Virus record (IMG/VR): IMGVR_UViG_3300021963_000021
Location: 186,001-250,000 of that record
Reading direction: 5' to 3' (one strand)
DNA length: 64,000 nt
This document shows, in pieces, positions 7,428-18,900 of this stretch (positions are counted from its first letter, which is position 1; each line of letters begins with the position of its first letter). Under the pieces are notes generated by a model, which made no database searches, was not told where the DNA came from, and saw only the letters and a program-made list of their open reading frames with translations. The position numbers and the translations under genes are program-made.

Positions 7428-10003
7428 TATACTTTTTCTCCACGTTGCGGAAATGCTAGATATTTATCCTCTATAATTCCGTCGACAGAATCTATGATAT
7501 AGCGGTCTACATCAAAGTCTATCGTTTTAAAATCAAATTCGCTGTTTTTTATTCTTAATATAATTTCGTCTGCGTAGCCCGGTTTTACAAAACAAATAGG
7601 AATCGCACTGACAAATCCTGGTTCTACATACCCGTTTTCTTGTATGCTACGCATCCACAGCGGCAAATAGGTGCGATCTCGTTGACCAACACCTTTTATA
7701 CGTTTTCGCATATTTTTAATACTGTTTGGAAACACTCTTTGGTGATCCTGGTCACTGACTAACGGAATATCGCTGTCAATTTTTTGTGCTGTTTGATTAA
7801 CTAACACAGGACTATTAATCTTGTTTGGTAATTGTACTGTTCTAGAAATACTCTTTCCGTTTTTTATCAATGGGTCTAAGACATCTACATATACAACTTC
7901 GTAGATTATTTCTTGAGTAGTTTGATCTTTGCCCACAGCTTTTTTAACATCACCAAAAATAAAACGCTTTCTATAATGGTTTCTGCTCATTGCCTGTACA
8001 AAGGTTTCTGACATTTCACTTTCTATACCAGCATATGCCAGCATCTTAAGTTCGTCTTGAACTCCAAATGCTGGGTCGCCATATCTATAGATCTTTTCCG
8101 GAGCAAAAATCACGTTATTAGAAATAAAGTCATTCCAGCTATCACGTTTAGATTTTTTCTGTAATACCTTAAAGTACATATTACTATAGACGATATCTGC
8201 TATACTAGAAATCTTAATTTGAAAAGTCTTTGAGCTTTCTGTGTAGTTAAAGATATCTTTGGCACCTACTACAAATGTGTAAGTTCTATCAAAATCTGTT
8301 AATTGGTTATCAAAGGTAACATTGTAATCGCGATCTGAACTGCCATCCCAGTTATAGAATCTTGTTATACCTGGCTTATCGATAGAACCGATTTGATTTA
8401 CCTTGCCAATGATTTCGCCTGTTGACAGCAATTTTAACCCTGGAGGCAATTCGCCGGATTCGTGTTTGTATAAAACAAGTCCGCCTCTAAGTTTAGACAC
8501 TGCTTCGACATAGAGTTGACTGTCTTTGTTTGGAGATATGCTGCCTAACGCTTGATTACTGAGCCATTCTATTCCACTTTCGATTTCACCGATAACGCTT
8601 AGTTTAAATGTTCTTGGTGTTGAAGCTCTAGTGCCGCTGGTATAGTTAGCAGTAGCAGTCACAGTGAAAATGTAATCTTTGGTAATTCTAGGCTGGTAAG
8701 GTAATTTACCTGTTAGCTCACCGGTGATAGTATCAATAGTTAATCCTGGAGGAACAACGCTGTCGTAGCCAAATATAATTTCAGAATCAATAGATATTCT
8801 AGAAGTTACGTTTGGATCGACATAAACTCTATATCTATAGTTGCTTCTAACTTCTAGGGTTGAATCTAATTTTTCTACGTCTACTATTGTATATGTTCCT
8901 AGCGTACTGTCTGTATAGTCGTAGACATCAGCTATGGCAAACTTTTGATTTTTTCTAGGAATACCATAGTTACCTTTGGCATCTTTAGACATTACAACTT
9001 CTATATACGCATCGTTATCTCGAGCTAATCTAGTAGTGATACCTTTGAACTCTGGGTTTATAGTTTCTACCTTGTAGGAAATGTACCCAGGCAGCGATGG
9101 CGGATCATATACTTCTAAGTATACAGTCGCATAGTTATTGGCACGTCTTAGTCCTAGATTAGATTCTGTTATCCATATAGGATTTCTAACATAGGTATTG
9201 TCCGCACGGAAGATACCTGTACCTACCTGCATTATGGTATTATCTGATCTTAGGAAATCTTCGCTGACTACATAGATTTGAAATGTTCTACGTGTTTCGT
9301 TTATACCGTCTGTGGCTGCTACAGTAAATTGATAGTAACGTGTTAGTCTTCTAGGAAAGTTTGTTTCGTCAAAATAGTCATAGAGTCTATCGTCAAACGT
9401 AAAACTATCAAAACCGTTGACTGGTCTGGTTCCTAGATCGTATGGTGCTGCATCGAAAAGATTCAGATCATAGTTACCGCTGTATATTCTATAATCTAAG
9501 GCAAATATAGGATCAGTAAACCCGCTGATACGCCCAGTATTAGTTAGTGTTAGACCTGGCGGCAATTCGCCACCGTTATATGGAATGTAATATTCAATGG
9601 TATCACCAGCTGGTAAGTCTGGATCTAGTGCTATTAATTGGAAATCTACTTTGTCGTTATCTAAAACAAAAAATGTAGAATTAGGTCCTACAGGTAGCAG
9701 TCCTTCGTTGGTCGCCCATACAGGGCTGTCACTGCCTTCGACTGTGATGTTAAAGGTTCTGTCTTTGCTTTCGACACCGTCATTGGCTCTAACAACAAAT
9801 CTTGAGATCGTTGTTTTTTGTACTTCTAAAGGAGTACCGTTGATTACGCCATTGTCGATCCTAAGACCTCTAGGTAAAGAACCAGCCTGAAGAGAGTAAG
9901 TTACTGTACCCGCAGTTGATGTTGCTACTAACGCAATATTTTGTATGTCGCGTTCGTTAATGGTCCCTAGAGAACCAGATACAGTAATCCATTTTAGTGA
10001 CAT
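7427..10003 (-). CDS. baseplate wedge-like protein with Ig-like repeats
   Basis: Repeated G.LP.GL.L...G.I.G Ig-like motifs; 858 aa; structural context. Confidence 0.6.
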   Translation of the reverse strand: MSLKWITVSGSLGTINERDIQNIALVATSTAGTVTYSLQAGSLPRGLRIDNGVINGTPLEVQKTTISRFVVRANDGVESKDRTFNITVEGSDSPVWATNEGLLPVGPNSTFFVLDNDKVDFQLIALDPDLPAGDTIEYYIPYNGGELPPGLTLTNTGRISGFTDPIFALDYRIYSGNYDLNLFDAAPYDLGTRPVNGFDSFTFDDRLYDYFDETNFPRRLTRYYQFTVAATDGINETRRTFQIYVVSEDFLRSDNTIMQVGTGIFRADNTYVRNPIWITESNLGLRRANNYATVYLEVYDPPSLPGYISYKVETINPEFKGITTRLARDNDAYIEVVMSKDAKGNYGIPRKNQKFAIADVYDYTDSTLGTYTIVDVEKLDSTLEVRSNYRYRVYVDPNVTSRISIDSEIIFGYDSVVPPGLTIDTITGELTGKLPYQPRITKDYIFTVTATANYTSGTRASTPRTFKLSVIGEIESGIEWLSNQALGSISPNKDSQLYVEAVSKLRGGLVLYKHESGELPPGLKLLSTGEIIGKVNQIGSIDKPGITRFYNWDGSSDRDYNVTFDNQLTDFDRTYTFVVGAKDIFNYTESSKTFQIKISSIADIVYSNMYFKVLQKKSKRDSWNDFISNNVIFAPEKIYRYGDPAFGVQDELKMLAYAGIESEMSETFVQAMSRNHYRKRFIFGDVKKAVGKDQTTQEIIYEVVYVDVLDPLIKNGKSISRTVQLPNKINSPVLVNQTAQKIDSDIPLVSDQDHQRVFPNSIKNMRKRIKGVGQRDRTYLPLWMRSIQENGYVEPGFVSAIPICFVKPGYADEIILRIKNSEFDFKTIDFDVDRYIIDSVDGIIEDKYLAFPQRGEKV

Positions 10004-10013
10004 TCATAATCCC

Positions 10014-11426
10014 TTACCAAGAAGTACCAGATACTGCTGATCTCTTCCAGATGTTAGCTATTCCGTCGTAGCTGGCTGTACACACATATATGTAATTGCC
10101 GTCAGCGAAAACCATGCCTTCAACATCGCCTGGCTCTCCGATTGACGCTGAAGGTACAGCATGTCTATATGTCGCTCCAGTTTCTGCTGGATTATAGAAT
10201 TTGATAGTCTCACCGTTTGATGTTGCTCCTGCCGATACTGAGAATGTTTCAGTAGTAGTGATAACACCGCCGATAGCACTGGCTACAGTTCTTAATGACA
10301 CGCCAGGTAAGCTGAACACCGCACCTGCTCTGATACCATCTGTGCTAGCAACTGTGAATGTAGATCTAGATGCTGGACCAGGAACAGCACCATTAAGTGT
10401 TGTAGTTACTGGCAGTTGATTAGCAATCCCGCCTTTGACCTGCATTCTGTGTGATGAACTATCTACAGAAATTGTAGGTATGTTGCCCTCAGGAGTATAT
10501 GGCCAATCTCCCATTTGTATTCTACCACTACCGCCTATGAATAGGTTTCTAAATGGTGTTTGGTCGTATCCCACATCCCAAGCACTAGCAGTTGACGCAA
10601 CTACGTGATTTTTAATAGTACCGTTTAAGTTGACACTGTTTTCGTTTCCGTCAATAAGTGCGAACCCGCCTAGACCTGAATCATTTGGAAACACGCTACC
10701 GTGAAGGTCACCATAGAATTGACCATTGAACGCACCTTCTCCGCCGGATCCTGTGTCGCCGACAGTTACACCTGATGAAGATTTTAACAGGCCTGTAAAT
10801 TCGCCTACTACAGCTCCTGCTACGTTACCTGCTACGTCACCTGTGACATTACCTGTGACATTGCCTAATAGATTTCCTGTAATACCTGCGCTAGCAGATA
10901 TAGTGCTTGTTTCAATTGGGCCAACAACCTTTCCGGTTAGACCATCTAAAAGCTGAACGGAGTTATCAGCAAATACTGATCCTTTAACATCGCCTTCGTG
11001 GAATCCCATGGTGTCAGCGTTGACTTGTCCAGCTTCAACAGTGTCAGCATAGATTGTTCCCCATCTTTTAGTGTCTGTTCCTAGATTGTATGTGCCGTCA
11101 TTGTTTGGAATCAAACTACTTGAAATGTCTGCGGCAAACACAACTTCGTCATCATTGCCAGTTCCTAAGGTGATGTTGCCGTCTGCTGTGATATTGCCAG
11201 ACGCATGTATGTTACCGGTAATGTCTATATTACCAGTACCGACGATGTCGTTGCCACCTAAGTCAATGTCACTAATAAGCTCGCTTCCGCTAGCTATTAG
11301 TTTTCCACCGACTGATCCATCACCAGCGTAAATGGCTCCCTGATCTGTTACGTAGATCAGTTCTCCTTCTAGCGGTGTATACGCTGCTAATTCAGCTGCG
11401 GTTCCTCTTTTTAATCTTAGAGCCAT
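10014..11426 (-). CDS. tail fibre protein (Mtd_N-like N-terminus)
   Basis: MALRLKRGT..E.....P..GE..Y.TD start; Gly/Thr/Val-rich shaft. Confidence 0.6.
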   Translation of the reverse strand: MALRLKRGTAAELAAYTPLEGELIYVTDQGAIYAGDGSVGGKLIASGSELISDIDLGGNDIVGTGNIDITGNIHASGNITADGNITLGTGNDDEVVFAADISSSLIPNNDGTYNLGTDTKRWGTIYADTVEAGQVNADTMGFHEGDVKGSVFADNSVQLLDGLTGKVVGPIETSTISASAGITGNLLGNVTGNVTGDVAGNVAGAVVGEFTGLLKSSSGVTVGDTGSGGEGAFNGQFYGDLHGSVFPNDSGLGGFALIDGNENSVNLNGTIKNHVVASTASAWDVGYDQTPFRNLFIGGSGRIQMGDWPYTPEGNIPTISVDSSSHRMQVKGGIANQLPVTTTLNGAVPGPASRSTFTVASTDGIRAGAVFSLPGVSLRTVASAIGGVITTTETFSVSAGATSNGETIKFYNPAETGATYRHAVPSASIGEPGDVEGMVFADGNYIYVCTASYDGIANIWKRSAVSGTSW

Positions 11427-11438
11427 TCTATTTCTCCG

Positions 11439-12119
11439 TTATATGTTACCTAGGTCTAATTCTGTTTCACTTGGATACACTATAGTACCAAAGTCAAAAT
11501 CTATGTTAGAAAATAAAAATTGAAGAGCATTTTGTGTGATTCCGGTTATACTTCCAAAATCGATGTCAAATACTCCTCTTGCTATATTTTCTCCGCCGAA
11601 ACCGTATATGTTTCCTTCATAGTTGTTAGCGGTAATATCTCCATTGATATTGATATCACCTGTACCTGTGATATCAAAACCATTTAATTCTAAATCGGAA
11701 GTTAGTGTATTGATAGGCGATGCTTCAATAGTTATAACAGTGCCTGAACGGGTTACTGTTACGTTATCACTTCCTTGTAAAGTTAAACTTGTCGTTGGGC
11801 TAGTAGCCGCTACCGTTCCGTTAGAAGTAACGATCTGACTAAAAATATTTTGTAACGGCGATTCGATAGTTATATCGTTGTCGTTTTGCGTGACTGTTAC
11901 ATTGCTACTACCTTTGATAGTTCTAAGTTCTAGCTCGGCTAATGTTTTTTGTTTAAACACTTCAGCACCGTCGCCGATGTTTACACCTATAACTCCTAGT
12001 TCGTTATACAAATCTCTGAAAAGATTGTTAACTTTACCGAATGCAGATCGTAGGTCATCGCCTAAGCCATCGTTAACTTGGTTTCCTAGATTCGGTAGTA
12101 ATGATTCATTCACAGCCAT
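11439..12119 (-). CDS. baseplate protein with T4 gp9/gp10-like N-terminus
   Basis: NDGLGDDLRSAFGKVNNLF motif. Confidence 0.6.
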   Translation of the reverse strand: MAVNESLLPNLGNQVNDGLGDDLRSAFGKVNNLFRDLYNELGVIGVNIGDGAEVFKQKTLAELELRTIKGSSNVTVTQNDNDITIESPLQNIFSQIVTSNGTVAATSPTTSLTLQGSDNVTVTRSGTVITIEASPINTLTSDLELNGFDITGTGDININGDITANNYEGNIYGFGGENIARGVFDIDFGSITGITQNALQFLFSNIDFDFGTIVYPSETELDLGNI

Positions 12120-12156
12120 GTTTTCGCCCTATATCCAATATTTATCAACTGTTCCA

Positions 12157-14805
12157 TTATCCTTTAGCCCTTATTTTTGGACGGGGGTATACACTGCCCG
12201 TAGCGGGTCTATACTGGTAGTTTTTCTTAGGAAATACGTTACCTGTAAGAGGTCTTTCTTGAGGATAATATAGATACAGATTAGCACTGCCTTGTAGATC
12301 TGTAGTATTTGTGGGACCGCTTGGTCCTATTTGTGTTAACTGATTTGATTTAGCATAGGCCAGCAAATAGTTCTTAGCCTGTGCTTGATTCATGTTAGGA
12401 TAGATTTCTAGAGCACATGCTAATACTCCGCAGACCTGCGGGCTAGCCATACTAGTTCCACTTATTTTACCTAGATAGTAACTAGAAGATCTAGGGTCAG
12501 TTGTGCCCGAAGGATACGAACTTATGATATAAGTGCCGGGAGCATAGATATCAGTTCCCGGACCGCAGTCTGAATAGGATGCTTTAACTTCGGTAGATGT
12601 GATATCTACAGAACCCACGCAGATGGTATTGAGATTGTAATTACCACCGGCAGCTATACTGTCGTTGGCTGTTGGGCTACTTCCTCTCATATAATAATAT
12701 ACTTGTCCGGGATATCTAGCTGACATTTCAAAAGTGTTATCCCAGTCTGGGCCACCTGGCAAATCGTGTTTCCATTTTCCATTGCCGGAAGCACCTACAT
12801 ATAGTATACCTTCTGCCTGTGCGTCTTCTACGTCTGCATCCAGCGCAGCTACACGAGCAGGGATACGTTGACCGGCTATGAATCCCCAGGCATTGAGTTG
12901 TTCTGTGGTAAAACTACCTGCGCTAGATTTATTTGCGTTAGCGCCTACTTGTAGGTCGATACGATTCACTGAGTTTTCATAGAATATGTATTCTGCTACC
13001 ATAGTAGGACTTCCTAGAGTTCCACCTATTCCGTTTGTACCTTCAATTCTTACACGGAATGTTCGATCAGGAGTTACTCCGGATGTACCGTAGTAAATGC
13101 GTTGTACTGAATTATCTGCGGCTGTTAACATTATCTTAGGATAGTTAGGAGTTGAAGGACTTATACCACTGTATACATTAGACCCGCCGCCAAGCGTTAG
13201 ATAAAAGTTAGTGCCGACATAAATTTCACTGTATAGGGTACCTAGATATGAAATGTTGAATGGCAATGACAACTGCCAATATCCGTCATCGTTGTTGCCC
13301 ATAGTAGGAGTAGTCGACACAGATAACCCTGTAGTTGATCCTAATGAGTTAGATATGGGAGACACTGTGGCAGTAGCTGTGCCGCCAGGCACTGATACTG
13401 TGGCATTCATAGCTACAGCAGTTACTGGGTTTTCAACAGTGGCATTGTCAATGATTGACACGAACTCGATAGTATATACTGCTGTGTTAGGCAATGCTAC
13501 AGTTTGCTCGATGATCAGTTCAATGTCTCCACCGGAAGTAGATGTTTCTGGGCCAGCTGTGTAGGCGTTGATAACTGTAGCACCTTGTTTGATATTAATG
13601 CCTAATGTCATTGTGGTGGTGCCATTAAACCCGCCTGTGGCAATATTATTGAGCACACTTAAGGTACAGGGTCCTTGAACAGTTGTTGTATATAAGTTAT
13701 CTGGATTTTGATCACCTAGATAGGAAAAGGAAACCTGTCCTCCGTCCTGTGTCCACGCAGCAGGCTTTGATAATATCCTAGAGCTTGCGTCCACGATCGA
13801 CCCTGTTGTGGTAATTCGATTACCGGCATTTTCTAAACCGACTAGATCAGCTAGTTTTGCGTTAGCTGTGTATACTCCACTGAGGCCAAGATATGTAAAA
13901 CTCCCTGTAGGTGCGTATCTTGTTCCTCGGTATGTGACTGCGGTGATATCATTGAAACTCCATTCGTTAGCAAAGATACTCATACCCCAACTGTTGTTTG
14001 TCACTGTTGGGTTTTTTCTACCTGTATTAGGATTTATGCTTTTGTTAGCATGAAACTGTCTTACATAATCCATGACATATGGAAAGTTGTAATTTGCTCC
14101 ATCACCTGCTAGATAATAGATATTATAGATGTTAGCATCTCTAGCCCAACCTTGTGTGTTGCCTGCTACAGTACCTGCTACGTGAGTCGAATGTGAGCCA
14201 GTGCCATACACATAATTAGAAGCTGCGGTTCCTTTAACAACAGGATCATGCTGTCCCCAATTATATTGTACGGTTCTTGTACCGCCTGTACCGTCAGCAT
14301 TGACCGCGAATTCTGGGTGGTTCCAAACTATTCCGTTCTCGTCAACGACAACAACGTCGACATTTTTTCCTGTGGCATTAAGAGTTACAGTACCAGTTTG
14401 CGTAGTAGTTCCGTCTGAACCCCAACCTGATCGTTGCGCACCTTCTGTACAGCGAAGTAACGCAAAATTTTTCATCGTGCTAGATGTAGAACTGGATTTA
14501 TTCCAGTTTGTTGATGTTTGTGTGTATCCGGTAGTGCCTGCGCTGATGCCTCGGTATCTTGGATGTATTTCTACTGATCTTATTCTTGGATCATTTTTTA
14601 ACTGTTCAGCTTCCCAGTCAGTGAGCCAATAATGTGTGTTTCTACTGCTGGGCCTACGTTCTGCCAGCAGTATAGATCTAGTCAGCTCAGTGTTAGGTGG
14701 AGCGATTCCTTGGGTTTCGAGTTCATTATAAATGTCATCAATGTCTAGCATATCGTTTACTGTAACGATATATTCTTTGACCTTGATATAATCTTTTAAA
14801 GACAT
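12157..14805 (-). CDS. subtilisin-like S8 serine protease with large insertion
   Basis: Triad motifs VVVVD, HSTHVAGT and SGTSMASPQV; prodomain-like N-terminus. Confidence 0.9.
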   Translation of the reverse strand: MSLKDYIKVKEYIVTVNDMLDIDDIYNELETQGIAPPNTELTRSILLAERRPSSRNTHYWLTDWEAEQLKNDPRIRSVEIHPRYRGISAGTTGYTQTSTNWNKSSSTSSTMKNFALLRCTEGAQRSGWGSDGTTTQTGTVTLNATGKNVDVVVVDENGIVWNHPEFAVNADGTGGTRTVQYNWGQHDPVVKGTAASNYVYGTGSHSTHVAGTVAGNTQGWARDANIYNIYYLAGDGANYNFPYVMDYVRQFHANKSINPNTGRKNPTVTNNSWGMSIFANEWSFNDITAVTYRGTRYAPTGSFTYLGLSGVYTANAKLADLVGLENAGNRITTTGSIVDASSRILSKPAAWTQDGGQVSFSYLGDQNPDNLYTTTVQGPCTLSVLNNIATGGFNGTTTMTLGINIKQGATVINAYTAGPETSTSGGDIELIIEQTVALPNTAVYTIEFVSIIDNATVENPVTAVAMNATVSVPGGTATATVSPISNSLGSTTGLSVSTTPTMGNNDDGYWQLSLPFNISYLGTLYSEIYVGTNFYLTLGGGSNVYSGISPSTPNYPKIMLTAADNSVQRIYYGTSGVTPDRTFRVRIEGTNGIGGTLGSPTMVAEYIFYENSVNRIDLQVGANANKSSAGSFTTEQLNAWGFIAGQRIPARVAALDADVEDAQAEGILYVGASGNGKWKHDLPGGPDWDNTFEMSARYPGQVYYYMRGSSPTANDSIAAGGNYNLNTICVGSVDITSTEVKASYSDCGPGTDIYAPGTYIISSYPSGTTDPRSSSYYLGKISGTSMASPQVCGVLACALEIYPNMNQAQAKNYLLAYAKSNQLTQIGPSGPTNTTDLQGSANLYLYYPQERPLTGNVFPKKNYQYRPATGSVYPRPKIRAKG

Positions 14806-14806
14806 A

Positions 14807-15946
14807 TTAGCTCTCTAGTTGTATCACTGTGGTTGTAACTGTGATAGTTCTGGTCGATCCGCTTAGATTTGTTACTGCTGCGTAGATATTCGTTGTTGGT
14901 GTAGCATCGTCATTGTATCCTAGCACACCTGGTGAAAGTATCACAGTTTCTGAACCGGCTGTGATAACTTCCGCAATAACCCCTGCTCCTGCGCTAGGAT
15001 CAGTTCCTTGACTTCTGCTAGCGTCTGCTGTTCGTGCTGCGTCAGTGATGTAAAATCTAACCCATGCTGCTGCGTTGGTGTTTATTTTATACATCATGTA
15101 TGTTTTGTAACCTGTTATGGTTATATTGCCTGTGGCATTATTTGCCAGTGAAGCTGTAGTGCCACCGGCTGGAACTCTTGAACCTAGACCAGTCCCGCCA
15201 CCACCACCTGTTACTGTGGTAAAACTAAATCCTCCCGAGCCGTTAGTAGTCAGTACCTGTCCTACTGATCCGTCGGTTATACCTAAATTTAAAATACTTG
15301 TCGGTATTGTTGGTCTTCCTGATAGATCGCCGTATGCTCCGCTAGTAGCCACAGTAGCCAATGATGGTCTTCCTGATAGATCGCCGTACACACCTGATGT
15401 TGCTACAGTGGCCAATGAAGGCCTGCCAGATAGATCACCATATGCTCCGGACGTTGCTACTGTAGCAAATGTAGGTTTTCCAGATACGTTAGACCATGTT
15501 AAACTTGCTGATGTTATAAAACCAGCACCGTTAGTTAACTGATTAGTATTGGTCGGGATCGTAGGTGCTCCAGATACACTTGACCAATTCACTGTACCTG
15601 TCCACGCAGTGCTCTGCTGACTGCTATCTGGAAAATTTAAAGTATCTGCTGATAAGTTACCGACTGTGAGACTTCTGGTAGATGTATTACCTCGAGTTAA
15701 TACAGTATCTATAGTGTCAGTACCGCCCACAACTGCTATAGTTGTACTAGTCCAGGTGTTGGATTCTGGATCCCAACCTATAACATCATTGATCGATGTA
15801 CCGTTTGTTATTCCGAGATCTTCAATAGATTGCGGAATATCAAAATTATAAACTTCTTCAAAGTTGTCGTTTATATCTGATACTGCTAATCGAAGTTTAT
15901 CCCATGTTAAAGGGGGACTGCCTGGGGATATGATTTTTTTAGTCAT
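14807..15946 (-). CDS. tail fibre-like protein
   Basis: N-terminal LR.A...IN.NF motif, 18-aa repeats, Thr/Gly-rich. Confidence 0.6.
   Translation of the reverse strand: MTKKIISPGSPPLTWDKLRLAVSDINDNFEEVYNFDIPQSIEDLGITNGTSINDVIGWDPESNTWTSTTIAVVGGTDTIDTVLTRGNTSTRSLTVGNLSADTLNFPDSSQQSTAWTGTVNWSSVSGAPTIPTNTNQLTNGAGFITSASLTWSNVSGKPTFATVATSGAYGDLSGRPSLATVATSGVYGDLSGRPSLATVATSGAYGDLSGRPTIPTSILNLGITDGSVGQVLTTNGSGGFSFTTVTGGGGGTGLGSRVPAGGTTASLANNATGNITITGYKTYMMYKINTNAAAWVRFYITDAARTADASRSQGTDPSAGAGVIAEVITAGSETVILSPGVLGYNDDATPTTNIYAAVTNLSGSTRTITVTTTVIQLES
15311..15470 (-). repeat. 3 x 54-bp coding tandem repeat (ATVATSGxYGDLSGRPSL)
   Basis: gatagatc recurs at 15321, 15375 and 15429. Confidence 0.85.
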
Positions 15947-18900
15947 TATACTCTTCCTACGACGATTTCAATTGTACCAATTCTATCGCTGTCATAATCT
16001 TCCAGCGCCTTGCCGATTATTGTACCTGGGCTAGCAACAGTACCTGCTGATATCGCAATACCTGCGATACCGCTGGCAACTATTAGATCGCCTTTCTTAA
16101 CTTTACCTACTACCTTAGTTGGAACACGACCTTGTAGTGCTACGCAGGTCCTTGTGCCTTGTTGTTCGGAGTTTAGAACAAACGCAGGATTAGTTGTTAC
16201 TACACCGGCTACTCTAGTTGTTGCGGCTTCGTTGCACAGTGTAATCTCAGAGTCACCGCCGAACATTACTACAGTTCCGGGCTCGTATTCTTTGTCTGAA
16301 GCATACCACTCTGCTAAGTCAGCCCAAGTAGCACTCATTCTAGACCCAGCATTTACGTTCCAATAACCAGAAATGTACCCGTTGGTTAATACACCGCCTG
16401 TGGTTGTTGACGCAAGTGTACCGCCTTTGACGTCAATGACACCGTTGGTTAGTCCGCCAGTATCTGTGAATCTATGTTCACGAGCAATGTATGAAGTATA
16501 CTGTCTAGCTGATGTTGAGCCATCATTTAAACGTATACCTGAACCACCATTGCCGTTTCTTACTAATGTGTAGTAGGAACCAGTCGCGCCGTCGTCTAAC
16601 ACTCTAGTCAATGATGAAGTAGTAGTTGAGTTGACTGTGAAGTTAACCCCGTCACCGGCATTGATCCCACCGGTTAGTGTTATCGATCCGCTGGAAGTAA
16701 CACCCGTGGTAGTCAATGCTCCTATAGCAATTTCACCGCTTGGGCCACGTTGTACGATAGTATTATTAGCATTAGAGCTGCCATAGGTCACAGTGGTAAA
16801 TTTACCTGTACCGGTTCCTGTTGACGACCTAACAACAACACCGATACTTGGAACTTCAGCTCGACTTAGTCCGTCGGCATCCTCGACAATAGTTCTAGCG
16901 TCAATTGGTACAACAGCACCTGTTGGTGTTCCTGTTGTTGGAACACCTCGACGACCTAGTACCTTTGTTACTGTGCCAGACAGTGATGTTTGGTCTGTGG
17001 CATCATACACGCTAGGATCGATGTGAGCAAGTTTAGCTCTTGATATACCTGTAGTAGTTGATGTTGCGTCTTTTAGTGCTAGGAATCCGTTGACAATAGT
17101 AAACTCTGTGTCCTTGGCGCCTGACAGCATACCATATAGTCTTACTTTTGCTGAGCCACTGATTACACCACCGCCGGATGTATTTGCTGGAATATCAAAA
17201 GTATCAGTTGTTACGTTTGAAATTTTCCAGTCACCGTTGATCGCAGTTACAGTAGTTTCACCAGAAATAACAACTACGTTGTTGTTGCTAAATCCGTGAC
17301 CAGCAGCAGTTATCGTGGTAGACACTGTGGTATTTGCTGTGTATGCTGTTACACTATATCCGTCTGCTGTAGTTGCTTTCGCAGTGTTCAACGCAAGTTT
17401 GTGTTGACCAATCGCAGCATCGTAATTAATATCTGCGTCGACAATAGTGTTGTCATTGATTGTGGCATTGATAGTTGTACCACTTCTAGTAAATGTTAGA
17501 TATCCGCCGACTGTGGCGTTGGTAAAGTTTGCTCCAGTGCCAGTAAACACTAATATATCTGAATTAGATACACCGTATGTTGGCGAGCCTGTTTCTGGTC
17601 TCCAACCAGATGGACCATCTTCTAAGTTAGCCATCTTCATGAAGAATCTTGGAACAGCTTCTTCACCGCCTGCTATACCCTGTCTCGGTTGTGGTAAGTT
17701 AAGCACACGGTTGTCGTCCATGTCCAAGTTGCCCTTCATAGACAACTCACCGTTCAGTGCTAGGTAACCTGGACCAATCAGTCCGTCAGTTACACGCACA
17801 CCAAAGTGTGATAGACCTAAACGTCTATCGATATATGTTCTTGTAGCATTTTCTGTTGGCACTGCCTGTGAGTCTGGAAGTCCAGAACCTCCCAATGAAG
17901 TGTCATTAGAGAATTCAGAAATTTCTTGACCTTGACGTAGACGTAAGCTGTCAATACCGCGCAAGTTAATGCTAGCATCAAGAGTTACCTGTCCAGTACC
18001 TTGGTCAACAGCAAAGAAGTCACCGACTCGGAAGTTACCTGATTGGTCAGTGCTTACAAAGAACACACGTCCTTTGCCCTTTTCAATTACTTGATTTTCT
18101 TTGTCCGGAGTGTTAGCCGGAGGTCCAAAGATGTTATTTGGATAGTTAGTATCAGCATAAGAGCCAGTACCGATATCTAAGAAATCGTGTCCTGTTGCTC
18201 TCATAGTTGAAATATTAACAGTAATATCACCGACAGCACCTGCTCTGATACCAGAGTTTAATGTTAGGTTACCGTTGCTGGCATTAACTGAATATGTTAG
18301 ACCACCTAACACCTGTAGAGAACTTGTTCCGCCGCTGAACACACCGAACCCAGTGCTGTCTAGCGTCATAGTCAATGCTGAATCTGTGTACAGCGCAAAA
18401 TTGGTATCGGAAGTGACTACTACAGCCATAGAGCCGCTGGCATCACTTAATCCGTAGACTGTGCCGCCTGTTGTGGCAGTTATCTTAATAGTGCCAGCAC
18501 CTACGGTATGAATAATGTATGTTTCATTGGCAACGATGCCGCCAAACACTACACCTGAGAACACAATTCTTTGACCAGCAGCCAGCCCTGCAGTTGAACT
18601 AACAGTGATATTATCTGTAGATGCTACAGTAGCTGTGGCAGTTATGCTGTAGGTCAACGGATTCACATAATAGGTGTTACCGTTTAACTGAGTCATGCCT
18701 GTAACACCGGTAAACTTGATTCTTCTACCAGCATTTAGATATTGCTCAGTTGATGTTGTGATAACGCAGGGATTGGCCTTGGTAGCTGCTGATACTGTGG
18801 CAGTTCTAGTTACCGCTAACGGATTTGTTAAATTCCTAAAGGTCAATACGCCAATTGGGTTATTTGGATCTGCTGAGTTTACATCATAACCTGTGATTTC

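Noticed and set aside
10014-11426. Diversity-generating retroelement target (Mtd-like start)
   Set aside because: No reverse transcriptase and no template/variable repeat pair seen in the window.
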